This document shows positions 9,082 through 18,968 of a DNA stretch of 64,000 bases, piece by piece. Made by a program: the position numbers and the translations under genes. The first letter of the stretch is position 1. Each line of letters begins with the position of its first letter. The notes below the pieces were generated by a model. It made no database searches, was not told the DNA's origin, and worked only from the letters and a program-made list of their open reading frames with translations. The stretch comes from Candidatus Tayloriibacteriota bacterium (GTDB taxonomy: Bacteria > Patescibacteriota > Minisyncoccia > Phycocordibacterales > HO2-43-120). The DNA is taken from the NCBI GenBank assembly GCA_039934295.1, contig JBDTMN010000004.1, positions 4,840 through 68,839 of the forward strand, written 5' to 3'.

Positions 9082-12000
9082 CTACCTCCACGCTTCACTC
9101 ACCGCCCCCAACAAATATTTGAAAGGCAGGGTGAGGAATTCAAAGAAACTTAGATTTGATTTTGGCGGAACAAAGGAGCTGTCTGTTGAGCCTTTAGTGG
9201 GATCAGGTGGGTCTACGACTGGAGGAACAGCGACGGTGACACTCTTTGCGCTCGTTCCTCCTGCTCCACTACACGAAAGAGTGAAAGTGGCTTGGCTTTG
9301 AATAGGGCCGGTGGAAAGCGTTCCTGATGTCGCTTGATTTCCTGCCCAACTGCCTGCTTCCGCTCCGCCAGAAACTGACCCTGTGCAGATGCTGGCATTT
9401 GTAGATGTCCAGCTAATATCTACCGATTCACCCGGAAGAATGGTAGGGCCTGTTGCAACACCTTCTGGCTCTGGCTTGGTAGATAGCGAGATGGTGGGAG
9501 GCGGAGTTGAACTACCTGAAGGGGAAGATGGGGTAGTCGGATTGTTCGGAGTTACTGAACTAGCTTTTGTCACTATAAGATTAGCGGACGCAGTTTTGCT
9601 CCCGCCCTCACCTTCACACGTTACAGTATAGGTGATGGTGGTCGGAACGGTAAAACGAACTGACTTAGTTCCGCTTGTTGCTCCATTAGCCCGCAATCCT
9701 GTAACAGCGCATGAAGTAGCCTTATTGGAAGTCCACGAAACAGTTGCCGCTTCTGTGGTTGTGATGGTGCTTGGGGAGATGGAGAGGGAGACGGAGAAAA
9801 TATTCTGGTCTGGTGGAGTGTCTTTGGTAAATGTCGCTATCACCGCTTTGCCTGCATCCATCTTGAGAAAGCAGGAGCCGATTCCCGAGCATGCACCTGT
9901 CCATCCCGAGAAGGTGGAGCCGGCAAAAGGAACCGCCGTGAGGGTGATAGGCGCATTTTGAGGGAACAAAACATCGCATACTTCTTTGTTACAGAGAACT
10001 TGACCTAAGCCGGTTCCTTGATTTGTGATGGTGAGAGAGAATACGCCTGGAGTTATGGTCAAATACAGACGGTTGCTCTTTCCCGTCGTAGGGTGAGTGA
10101 CTTGGATGGAATAATTGCCCACCGGGACGTTGGGAACAAATTGGATTGTTTTTCCTCCATCGGTGCTTGGAAGTGTTTGAACGACTGATACGCCGGACGA
10201 TTGGTTGGTAAGAGTAAGAATATTCCCAGCTGGCGCAAAGCGGACGCCCGCAATAGTGACGGTCGCGTTTGAGGGAGCAGATCTCTCCGGAGAGACTGAT
10301 GTGAGATAGGGTGAGACTTCGCCGACAATAATGAGAGCGTTTGTGGTGTTCGGAGGCAGAACCCCAATTACTCTGGAATTCTGGAAACCGCCCAAAGTAA
10401 CTTGGGTTAGAATTCCGCGATATGCTCCGGCAAACATTTTTTTCGGCTCGAACACGACTGTCACAGTAAATTCTGCAGTAGTGCCGGCAGGAATTAGATA
10501 GAAATCGCCTTGGTCCGTTGTTCCCACCGATGAATATGTCTCTACTCCGCCCATATAATTTTGTCCGTCAACTGATACCGCATAGGAAGAAAACGCATCC
10601 CGTTTTGATATGAGCTGGTCACGGCTTCCGGCCGATATCGAAACTTTAAATCGAGTGGTGAGTCCCGCTTCGCCTCCGTCTGAAGGGTCGTATAATAGTG
10701 AGATGGTTGAGGCACCTACAATCCCTGCGGACGGTAGGACGGTGTCAGGTGAATCCACCAAATTGAAATATCCTGTCTCGCCGGTAATGCCTGAATTCAC
10801 GTCCCGTATTGAAATCTTATATTGACCGGAATTCAGCATCGTAAATGTCCATCCACCAATAACCTGATTATATGAGTAGACTCTTCCTGCAGTCCACACG
10901 AATCGATTTCCAATATAAGTTTGGTCCCAGACTTCAGGATTTGATATTGGCCAATTTTGCCCGTCAGTGCCAGATATTGAGATACCTGTTGCTCTCCCCG
11001 GAGTGCCGGTCCAAGAAATAGTGGTTGTCGAGCCAGCAAGAACAGTGTCCCCCTTCTGCGGTAAAGTGACAACTATAGGATCGAGCACACCCATATGCAA
11101 AGAATTGGTTTTTGCGTCGTTGATTACAAACTGCTCTATATCGTTATTTGGTCGAAATGTAAGCAACTTGGCAAAATAAGTATCCCTGAGAAGATTTTCC
11201 TCATTGAAGGAGCCTGAAATAACAAAGCGAGCAGTCGTATTTGGAGGAATAATGTAATAGGGCCCGGCAAAATCTTCGACTCCATAAAGGGGCACGTATT
11301 GAATCCCCAAATCTTGATTATTATTTGTTCCCGACTGAACCAAGATAGTTCCTACCAAAGAGACTGCGAACGATGAGCTGTAGCGAGATTTGAAAAGCTC
11401 TAAAGCGGACTCGGTCGTCGTGACGTCAACCGTAAATGTAGCTTCTGTCGCGCTCAATGAAGAGCTCGCGACCGAAACGGTAACTCCGGTAAGCGGTATT
11501 GGAACGCGTCCGCAAGCGCCCTTAAAACTTGAAAGATGAGTGGCATATTCACTGTCTGAAGCGAAGGGTAATGTGATGTTCACGGGTACAAATGTCTGAC
11601 CCATTTTTTGAGCGAAGTCGCTCGAGTTTGCGTATTTGGCATATTGATAAAATTTGATTCGGAGATATTCGCGCAGTATTTCTTTATTCACGTTCAAATA
11701 AGGAAAGTCGTCTATCATCGCAAACATATCATTCAACGATGAAGGCTGTAGAAATATATTTCGGGCAATTTGATAATACGCTTGCCTATAAGAAGGTTGC
11801 GTACTTGCGGGCAAGTCGTCTAGTAGTCGCTCCGTTTCGCTTGATGAGGGATCCGAGTCCATCGAATAACAACCGAGAGACAAGTCAAATCCATGAGGAA
11901 TAACCTTCGTCTTGTCGGTTGTTTTATCCACTCCCCACTCCTCATTATGTAAAGCCCCCATATCATACACAGCCAGAAAATCCGTAAACAGCATGAATTT

Positions 12001-12783
12001 TAGAGTTGAATCCCTGTCAAAATAGACCGTTGTAGAAACTTGGGTCGTATTATTCGTGACGAGAGCGGATATCAAACGGTCAAACGAACTTGCGTACCAC
12101 CCGTTCGAGCCTTCCGATTCATACAGCATTGGGTTCATGTTGAACTCCGTGGTAAATGGTATCTGATCATCAAGCTCTGCCGGTCTCTGAATGATCATGT
12201 ATCGATATGTTCTTCCGTTATATCCGGAATCCGGCGTTATGAATGTCACATTCGCGAAGCCGATAATATCGGCAGTTGGAACTCCATATTTTCTGAAAAT
12301 TTTATGAATAATATATTCTCTCAAGTTGACATTAAGTTTCCCGCTGAAGCCGTAATCTCCTCCTCCGAGATAGTAGTCGTTTCCCGCGTCACATTCCGGA
12401 ATCATGCGGAATTTTTGATACTGCAATTGTGCGGACCCCGGATAGGTGCTCACACCCGTAAAAAGTTCCTTTGGAACCCCCTGGCTGTTGAATTTATCAA
12501 AACTCAAATTAAGCATGGGCGGGTCGCATACTCCTCTCATGTGACCTTTCTTCTCATATTTTATTTTCCAATCTTTGATTTTTATTCCAAGACTGGTGTA
12601 CTCAACTAATTTTCCATCACGATTCGGAGCGAATTCATCAAGTGACAATGTCTTTCCTTGGGTATCTAGTGTGAGATTTCGAATCGGATAGAGAGGTGTC
12701 TGCGCATAAGAGAAAGAGGGTGCAACAAAACCCGTGGCCACAAGTAATGCGACCGATGAGAAAACAATGTATCGTTTTTTCAT
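9082..12783 (-). CDS. large secreted surface protein: CotH-kinase-like N-terminal domain, then Ig-like/IPT, InlB-B-repeat-like and PKD-like domains
   Basis: Signal peptide; KGHMRGVCDPPMLNLSF, REYIIHKIF, HN, IPHGFDLS; ITLTAVP..GSTFSGWTGACSG; SWTS.NA..C repeats. Confidence 0.6.
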   Translation of the reverse strand: MKKRYIVFSSVALLVATGFVAPSFSYAQTPLYPIRNLTLDTQGKTLSLDEFAPNRDGKLVEYTSLGIKIKDWKIKYEKKGHMRGVCDPPMLNLSFDKFNSQGVPKELFTGVSTYPGSAQLQYQKFRMIPECDAGNDYYLGGGDYGFSGKLNVNLREYIIHKIFRKYGVPTADIIGFANVTFITPDSGYNGRTYRYMIIQRPAELDDQIPFTTEFNMNPMLYESEGSNGWYASSFDRLISALVTNNTTQVSTTVYFDRDSTLKFMLFTDFLAVYDMGALHNEEWGVDKTTDKTKVIPHGFDLSLGCYSMDSDPSSSETERLLDDLPASTQPSYRQAYYQIARNIFLQPSSLNDMFAMIDDFPYLNVNKEILREYLRIKFYQYAKYANSSDFAQKMGQTFVPVNITLPFASDSEYATHLSSFKGACGRVPIPLTGVTVSVASSSLSATEATFTVDVTTTESALELFKSRYSSSFAVSLVGTILVQSGTNNNQDLGIQYVPLYGVEDFAGPYYIIPPNTTARFVISGSFNEENLLRDTYFAKLLTFRPNNDIEQFVINDAKTNSLHMGVLDPIVVTLPQKGDTVLAGSTTTISWTGTPGRATGISISGTDGQNWPISNPEVWDQTYIGNRFVWTAGRVYSYNQVIGGWTFTMLNSGQYKISIRDVNSGITGETGYFNLVDSPDTVLPSAGIVGASTISLLYDPSDGGEAGLTTRFKVSISAGSRDQLISKRDAFSSYAVSVDGQNYMGGVETYSSVGTTDQGDFYLIPAGTTAEFTVTVVFEPKKMFAGAYRGILTQVTLGGFQNSRVIGVLPPNTTNALIIVGEVSPYLTSVSPERSAPSNATVTIAGVRFAPAGNILTLTNQSSGVSVVQTLPSTDGGKTIQFVPNVPVGNYSIQVTHPTTGKSNRLYLTITPGVFSLTITNQGTGLGQVLCNKEVCDVLFPQNAPITLTAVPFAGSTFSGWTGACSGIGSCFLKMDAGKAVIATFTKDTPPDQNIFSVSLSISPSTITTTEAATVSWTSNKATSCAVTGLRANGATSGTKSVRFTVPTTITYTVTCEGEGGSKTASANLIVTKASSVTPNNPTTPSSPSGSSTPPPTISLSTKPEPEGVATGPTILPGESVDISWTSTNASICTGSVSGGAEAGSWAGNQATSGTLSTGPIQSQATFTLSCSGAGGTSAKSVTVAVPPVVDPPDPTKGSTDSSFVPPKSNLSFFEFLTLPFKYLLGAVSEAWR

Positions 12784-12923
12784 TACGTTTATCTTAGAGT
12801 TAATCAATACAATTATTACACTTTTTTAAAATCATTGAAAGAGGAGTTTATCCCCAGCGCATAGAAGAATATGGATCATAGGTTATAGATTTCCGCTTCT
12901 CGTTTCATGATAGAATCCTAAAT

Positions 12924-13718
12924 GTGATGAAAAAATTGTTTTTTGGACTGATGTGTATCTTTGCTTTCATCGGACTTGTCATGGTCGTTGGATTTGTTGC
13001 AATTCAGCTCCGATGGACCAAGACAGAGGGAGTGGTTGACGCACAACACGACTACTTCAAGGAAAAAATCGCGAAGAATCTCGAGTGGGAAAAAAGCGAA
13101 GAGTGGAAAGCTCTCAAGGTGGCAATTTTGAAGGATAAGGAGGATATTTTGAAAGCATCGGAGTCGAGCGGAGTCGGAACAAGGCTCATTATCGCGCCCC
13201 TCGTCGTCGAGCAACTTCGACTCTACGAAAGCAATCGAGAGTTATTTAAAGAATTTTTTTCGCCCTTGAAAATGCTGGGGAGCCAAAATCAGTTCTCGTG
13301 GGGAGTAATGGGGATTAAAGAGGAGAGCGCAAGGCAGATTGAGCAAAATTTGAAAAACGCGAATTCACCTTTCTACTTGGGACCCGCGTACGAGCACATT
13401 CTCGATTTTACATCAGACAGTCCCGATTCGGAGCGCTTTCAGAGACTCACAGATGATGCGAGCCGTTACTATTCCTATCTCTATGCGGGACTCTACGAAA
13501 AGCAACTGATTGCGCAATGGGACAAAGCCGGAATCCCCATTCATGACAGGCCGGAAATTGTTTTCACACTTTTCAACATTGGATTTTCCAATTCTCGCCC
13601 GCATCCAAACCCCTCGGTTGGCGGAGCGGAAATTAGGTTTGCCGGAAAAGAGTACAGCTTCGGCGGACTTGCTTTTGAATTTTACTATTCGGACGAATTG
13701 CCAGAGTTTGAGAAGTAG
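12924..13718 (+). CDS. membrane-anchored hypothetical protein (possible lysozyme-like fold)
   Basis: N-terminal TM; VEQLR..SWGVMGIK..TLFNIG pattern. Confidence 0.6.
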   Translation: MMKKLFFGLMCIFAFIGLVMVVGFVAIQLRWTKTEGVVDAQHDYFKEKIAKNLEWEKSEEWKALKVAILKDKEDILKASESSGVGTRLIIAPLVVEQLRLYESNRELFKEFFSPLKMLGSQNQFSWGVMGIKEESARQIEQNLKNANSPFYLGPAYEHILDFTSDSPDSERFQRLTDDASRYYSYLYAGLYEKQLIAQWDKAGIPIHDRPEIVFTLFNIGFSNSRPHPNPSVGGAEIRFAGKEYSFGGLAFEFYYSDELPEFEK

Positions 13719-13735
13719 TTGCTTCAATTTCAAAT

Positions 13736-16375
13736 TCAATCTCGCTTATCCAGAATATTCTTTTGCCTCTTTAGTCGAAATATCCATTTCCCAAATTCAA
13801 CCGCGACAATATTTAAAGTCGCAATGAGCGCAACCCCGAGCACCCAATACAATGGCAAGGAAACTGTGCCGAGGAGAGTCTGCAAGAATGGAACGTAAAT
13901 TGCGGCGGCCATCAAGGCAACGCCGATGCCTACCCCCGCGCACAAGTAACGATTGGAAAATATCGGATATTCAAAGATGCTTTTCTCCAGACTTCTTAGA
14001 GAAAACGTCAAAAACAAAGTGTAGCTTCCAAATGCCGCAAAAATAAAAGTTCTTACTTCATCTTCAGGAAAACCTGCCCGCAAAAGATACCAATACAGCG
14101 TGAACAGAATCAAACTTGTTAAAAATCCGGTGAATAAGATCAAAAACTTCATCAAGGGGTCGAAAAGACCACTCTTAACTCCTCGTGGACGAGCTTGCAA
14201 TCCGTCAATATCTTTCTCAAATGCGAATGCAATAGCCGGAAAACTATCTGAAAAAAAATTGACATAAAGAATTTGAAGCGCATTTAAAGGCAATGCCAAT
14301 CCGGCAATAAGTGCCCCGCCAATCAAAAGAAGTTCGTCGGCAACGGAAGAAAGCAGATACACGAGCACCTTCCGAATGTTGTTCATAATCTGGCGACCTT
14401 CTTCTATGGCGGCAACAATGGTCTCGAAATTATCGTCCAGGAGTACAAGATCCGCTACGTCGCGAGCCACTTCAGTGCCTGTTCCCATAGCGATGCCGAT
14501 ATCCGCCTGCTTGATGCTTGGCGCGTCATTTACCCCGTCGCCGGTCATAGCGACCACTTCTCCCATCTCTTGAAAAGCCTTGACCACTCTCATTTTATCA
14601 AGCGGAGACACTCGAGAGATAACGCGCACATGTGGCAGACGCTCCTTCAAGCCCTCGTCATTGAGTTCCCGAAGTTCTGTGGCATCAAGGACGCTTCCCT
14701 TTTCAATTCGCATTCCCACTTCTTTGGCAATCGCCTCCGCTGTGCCTCGATGATCTCCGGACATAACTATTGTTTTTATTCCCGCCTCCTCAACACGACG
14801 CATAGCGTCTTTGACGCCCGGCCTGACCGGATCATGAAGCGTTATTACCCCATTAAATACAAGACTATCGAGTTCTGACTCCAAGTCTCTTTGAAATGTG
14901 AAATCTTCCTTCGGCTCTATGTTCTTGCTTGCAACCCCGAGGACGAGCTCTCCCGATCCTGCTAATGAATCAATTTTCTCCAGCACACCCTTTCGTTCCT
15001 CCAATCGAAGTGTCGAGTGGCGTATTAAAATATCAGGTGCCCCAAAAAAAACGAGCGAATGTTTTTCGCGGTCTCGCACGAGCGAAACGGAAAATTTGTT
15101 GACCGCGTTGAAAGGCAGAGAATTTACAATTTCAGTTTTATTTTTCACCTCTTGAACCGCTATGCCCCGAAGCCCAGCAGACCGCACTAGTGCCACTTCA
15201 ATCACTCTTCCGTTCATTCGCCAATCCAATACCGGATCTTTTCGATTTTCAATGAGAACATTCGTATTCAGAAGCGCCAGTTCAAGCAGTTTGTTCTCGA
15301 GAATGCCTTCAGTTGGCAATACCTTGCTCAATTCCATCTTTGCCATTGTCAAAGTCCCCGTCTTGTCGGTCAAAATTATGGTGGTGCTTCCCAACGCTTC
15401 TGCGGCAACCAATTTTCTAATGACACCCTTGCGTCGAGACATGCGTTGCACTCCTATTGCCAAAATTACCGTCATCGCCACAGGCAGACCTTCCGGCACC
15501 GCGGAAACTGCAATCGCGATAGATATCAAAAACATTTCAACACGTGAATGCCCTAAAGCAATACCGGTCACAAAAACAATCAACGTAAGGATTCCTAAAA
15601 AAATGCCCGCTTGCATGCTGAAGCGCCTGATTGCGTACTGCAGTGGCGTCTCCTCTCTTTTCGACTCGGCAACAAGAGCCGCAATTTTACCCAACTCGGT
15701 GGCAAAATCGGTGCGGCAAACCACCGCGGTCGCGACTCCTTGAGTAACAAGAGTTCCGGCAAAAACCATTGAGTGCTGGTCTCCAAGAACCGCATTTACG
15801 CTCACCGGTTCAGTTGATTTCGATGCGGGCAAAGATTCTCCGGTGAGAATCGCTTCGTCAATCTGGAAATCATTCACAAAAATGACGCGCCCGTCTGCGG
15901 GAACACGGTCTCCCTGCGCCAGTCGAATAATATCTCCCGGCACTAAATTGGCAGCATCAATTTCGTACTCCTCGCCACCGCGAATAACTCGCGACCGTTG
16001 TTTCAAATATGATTTGAGCTCCGATAATGCTTTCTCCGCTTTGTATTCTTGATAAAATCCCAAAACGACATTGACTACCACTGCCGCAAGTATAAAAAGC
16101 GCGTCCCGATAATGAGCTATGAAAAACGTGATGATGCTCGCAAAAAGCAAAATCAAGATGAGCGGACTTTTAAATTGACTCAAAAAGATAATAAAACCGC
16201 TGGCGCTCCCCGATTTTTCGATAATATTTAAGCCAAAGATTTCCAGTCGCTTAAGCGCGTCATCTTCACTAACCCCATTCTGGGTATCCGTTTGAAGCAT
16301 TTCGCGAGCATCTTTAATAGATAAAAACCAAAAAGGGCTTTTCTGAATTTCGGGTGTAAGTTCTTTTTGTATCAT
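13736..16375 (-). CDS. cation-transporting P-type ATPase (type IIA-like)
   Basis: TGES, PEGL, DKTGTLT, GDGVNDAP motifs. Confidence 0.95.
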   Translation of the reverse strand: MIQKELTPEIQKSPFWFLSIKDAREMLQTDTQNGVSEDDALKRLEIFGLNIIEKSGSASGFIIFLSQFKSPLILILLFASIITFFIAHYRDALFILAAVVVNVVLGFYQEYKAEKALSELKSYLKQRSRVIRGGEEYEIDAANLVPGDIIRLAQGDRVPADGRVIFVNDFQIDEAILTGESLPASKSTEPVSVNAVLGDQHSMVFAGTLVTQGVATAVVCRTDFATELGKIAALVAESKREETPLQYAIRRFSMQAGIFLGILTLIVFVTGIALGHSRVEMFLISIAIAVSAVPEGLPVAMTVILAIGVQRMSRRKGVIRKLVAAEALGSTTIILTDKTGTLTMAKMELSKVLPTEGILENKLLELALLNTNVLIENRKDPVLDWRMNGRVIEVALVRSAGLRGIAVQEVKNKTEIVNSLPFNAVNKFSVSLVRDREKHSLVFFGAPDILIRHSTLRLEERKGVLEKIDSLAGSGELVLGVASKNIEPKEDFTFQRDLESELDSLVFNGVITLHDPVRPGVKDAMRRVEEAGIKTIVMSGDHRGTAEAIAKEVGMRIEKGSVLDATELRELNDEGLKERLPHVRVISRVSPLDKMRVVKAFQEMGEVVAMTGDGVNDAPSIKQADIGIAMGTGTEVARDVADLVLLDDNFETIVAAIEEGRQIMNNIRKVLVYLLSSVADELLLIGGALIAGLALPLNALQILYVNFFSDSFPAIAFAFEKDIDGLQARPRGVKSGLFDPLMKFLILFTGFLTSLILFTLYWYLLRAGFPEDEVRTFIFAAFGSYTLFLTFSLRSLEKSIFEYPIFSNRYLCAGVGIGVALMAAAIYVPFLQTLLGTVSLPLYWVLGVALIATLNIVAVEFGKWIFRLKRQKNILDKRD

Positions 16376-16935
16376 AGTGCTCTTGCGACTAGACCGATAA
16401 ACACGATGCCAATAAAGTTGAATACAAAGGAAAGAGGAATAAACCAGGACATTTTCATTTTTGAGAAGCCTAGTAGGCTTATTCCAAGCTCGTCAGGTAA
16501 AGGCGAAGCAATAATCAGTCCTCCGATAAAAAAGCTTACCCACCTGAATAATTTAAGCTTGAGAATTGCCCCTATTCTCCTCCCTCCTCTTCGATGCCTC
16601 AAAAGCTCCACCAAATGCGATGAAAATTTGTCCCGAATGAAATAGAAGATAATTAAGTCTCCCAACACCGCTCCCGTGGCGCCCAAAAGCGCCGTCGTAA
16701 GCAGAGAGTTTCCCTTCGCGATTTCTCCCAAGGTGGCTATGGCAGGCGCTGTCGTAAAAACCGAAGTGAAAAAGAATCCCGCGACAAATGTACCGAACAA
16801 TTTCAATTCCTGCGTAGAGGAGAGAAAATTTATTATAACATTATTTTGCACCAGCAATATCGCAATAAAAATACTCAAAACAATTATCGCGATATCGTGG
16901 AGAAAAAATGAATTTTTTTCGTTACGTGCGAACAT
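16372..16935 (-). CDS. multi-pass membrane protein (VTT/DedA-like)
   Basis: GAVLGDLIIFYFIR, SPLPDELG; several TMs; overlaps the ATPase start. Confidence 0.6.
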   Translation of the reverse strand: MFARNEKNSFFLHDIAIIVLSIFIAILLVQNNVIINFLSSTQELKLFGTFVAGFFFTSVFTTAPAIATLGEIAKGNSLLTTALLGATGAVLGDLIIFYFIRDKFSSHLVELLRHRRGGRRIGAILKLKLFRWVSFFIGGLIIASPLPDELGISLLGFSKMKMSWFIPLSFVFNFIGIVFIGLVARAL

Positions 16936-16940
16936 TTTTG

Positions 16941-17012
16941 TGCCCCCGGCCAGAATTGAACTGACATCTACCCCTTAGGACGGGGCTGTTCTATCCGTTG
17001 AACTACGGGAGC
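16941..17012 (-). tRNA. tRNA-Arg (CCU)
   Basis: GCTCCCG acceptor stem, anticodon arm GCCCC-GTCCTAA-GGGGT, T-loop GTTCAATT. Confidence 0.93.
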
Positions 17013-17078
17013 GGTTAAAAAAGACTATAGCATATTTCCGCGCTCCAAAACAAAAACCCCTTGTGGGGGGGTTGTTTT

Positions 17079-17315
17079 TTACTTTATTTCCAAAAGTTCT
17101 CTAATCCTGTCCTCATCAAATCCGACGATAATTTCATCGTCTATAGTGATAACAGGCACGCCGAGCTGGCCCGACTTATCTACCATTTCTTTTCTTTTCG
17201 CGAGGTCAGTGGCAACATTGTGCTCCTCGTAAGCTACAGCATATTCTTTGAAAAATGCTTTAGCCATTGCGCAATAGTGGCAGGTCGGGGTTGAGTAAAT
17301 TGTTACTTTTTTCAT
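17079..17315 (-). CDS. glutaredoxin-like protein (NrdH/YruB type)
   Basis: YSTPTCHYC, GQLGVPVI, IVGFD. Confidence 0.92.
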   Translation of the reverse strand: MKKVTIYSTPTCHYCAMAKAFFKEYAVAYEEHNVATDLAKRKEMVDKSGQLGVPVITIDDEIIVGFDEDRIRELLEIK

Positions 17316-17450
17316 AAAATTAACAGAGTCTTTCTCTGTTATCCTCGCAAGCGAGGATCCAGATTAAATTATAATGCAATATCCTAGATTCCCGCTTCCG
17401 CGGGAATTACAGGTCATTGGCATTTCGTAGTATAGCAAAAATTTAAAATA

Positions 17451-17798
17451 TTATCTACCAATCAAAGGCGTTTTTATTGTTTTAATATCCTCCAGTCCTA
17501 AATCTTTAGCAAAGAAGGTAATGATTCCCCACACCGAAGACATGACGAAAAGCGCGATGACACCACCAACCATTACTCTTCTCCCTTGCGCCTTTGCCTC
17601 TTCGCTCCCCGCACTCCACATGTACTTTGCCAAACCCCAAAAGAATACCGCGAGCGCCGCCGTAAAAGTGATTACCGTAATAGTCCCCAGTAACTTGTTA
17701 AAAGCCTCGAGAGTCGTGCCTACACTCCCAATATCTACTGCTCGAGCGAGAGTAGGCAACATGAAAGCTCCAAGTGTAAGCAGTAAAATTCTTATCAT
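17451..17798 (-). CDS. VirB2/TrbC-like pilin paralog 3
   Basis: FFWGLAKY..AGSEEAKAQGRRVMVGGVIALFVM.SVWGI. Confidence 0.75.
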   Translation of the reverse strand: MIRILLLTLGAFMLPTLARAVDIGSVGTTLEAFNKLLGTITVITFTAALAVFFWGLAKYMWSAGSEEAKAQGRRVMVGGVIALFVMSSVWGIITFFAKDLGLEDIKTIKTPLIGR

Positions 17799-17851
17799 AA
17801 ATATGTTGCCAATAAGGAAATGACTGAAAAACTCCAAAATCCTTAATCTCC

Positions 17852-18118
17852 CTAAAGTCCAAGATACCCGGGTCCCTTAATTCCAAAAGTAGTAAGCAAT
17901 ATCCTTAAAATTCCATATACAGCCATCATGATAAACAGCCCTCTCACTCCCCAGAGCATTGAGGTTTTGCCTTTGCTTCTTGCTTCTTCATTTGCCGCAC
18001 CCGCAATGAACTGGAAAATTCCCCAAAAGAAAACAAGGAGCGCCACGCCGAACATGAGTATAATGAGAGGGTTCAATATGAATTCATTGACCCTGTCTAA
18101 GAGAATTTTGATCGACAT
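17852..18118 (-). CDS. VirB2/TrbC-like pilin paralog 2
   Basis: FFWGIFQFIAGAANEEARSKGK..MLWG..GLFIMMAVYGI. Confidence 0.75.
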   Translation of the reverse strand: MSIKILLDRVNEFILNPLIILMFGVALLVFFWGIFQFIAGAANEEARSKGKTSMLWGVRGLFIMMAVYGILRILLTTFGIKGPGYLGL

Positions 18119-18145
18119 TTAAATCCAAATATGCAGAAAGATCCC

Positions 18146-18508
18146 TTATCGTGTTGGACTCCTTCCACCAATTGTCGGTACTGTGATATCAGTCTTGGTT
18201 GGGTCAATACCAATAGCTACCTGCGCCCAACGCACAATCCCCCACACGGATGCCATAACGAAAAGAGCGATAATTCCACCGACCATTATTCTTCTGCCTT
18301 CTGCCTTAGATTCCTCACTTCCTGCGGCAAGAATGTATTTTGCTAAACCCCAAAAGAAAACTAGAAGAGCGATGATAAACACAATAGGGACCATATTATT
18401 TACAATACGTCCAAATGATGTGACAAGGGAATCTAACTGACCTAATTGTTGCGCGAACGCTAGAGACGGAGTTAATAAAACGCCCGCAAATATAAGAAAT
18501 TTTTTCAT
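18146..18508 (-). CDS. VirB2/TrbC-like pilin paralog 1
   Basis: Signal peptide (AFA-Q); FFWGLAKYILAAGSEESKAEGRRIMVGGIIALFVMASVWGI. Confidence 0.75.
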   Translation of the reverse strand: MKKFLIFAGVLLTPSLAFAQQLGQLDSLVTSFGRIVNNMVPIVFIIALLVFFWGLAKYILAAGSEESKAEGRRIMVGGIIALFVMASVWGIVRWAQVAIGIDPTKTDITVPTIGGRSPTR

Positions 18509-18551
18509 TAATTTTTATTTAACCTAATAATTATAGACCACTTTTAATGTG

Positions 18552-18739
18552 AGAACCAGTCTCAAAAATAATCGCAATCTAATAAATGAAGATGTAGAAA
18601 CTTGGCTACTGCGACAGTCTCCGTTCGGCTACGACTTGCTGTTCGGACTCGACATATATCTATATGCCTCGTCCTCCACAACTTCGTCTCGCTCGAACGG
18701 AAACTGTCTCGTCAAGCCATTATTTTTGAGACTGGTTCT
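18552..18739. mobile_element. MITE with 21-bp terminal inverted repeats
   Basis: AGAACCAGTCTCAAAAATAAT ... ATTATTTTTGAGACTGGTTCT; structured non-coding interior. Confidence 0.8.
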
Positions 18740-18780
18740 AATTATAAGCGATGGCAGATTTGATAGCAAGTGGAGTTATC

Positions 18781-18847
18781 CCCCGTAGTGAATTTTGGCA
18801 TTGCGCCTGAAGCACACGTAGTAACGATGCCAAAATCTACTACGGGG
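18781..18847. mobile_element. miniature palindromic element with 5-bp target duplication
   Basis: CCCCGTAGT...ACTACGGGG flanked by TTATC on both sides. Confidence 0.75.
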
Positions 18848-18968
18848 TTATCCCCTTAGCTAGATTCTACTCGCCCGAACGTACTATTTCGGTACGGGCG
18901 GGGAATCCAGATTCATGATTCATGAGTAGGTCAATTTCAGGTCTTTTCTTGAATCATGAATCTTGCTT

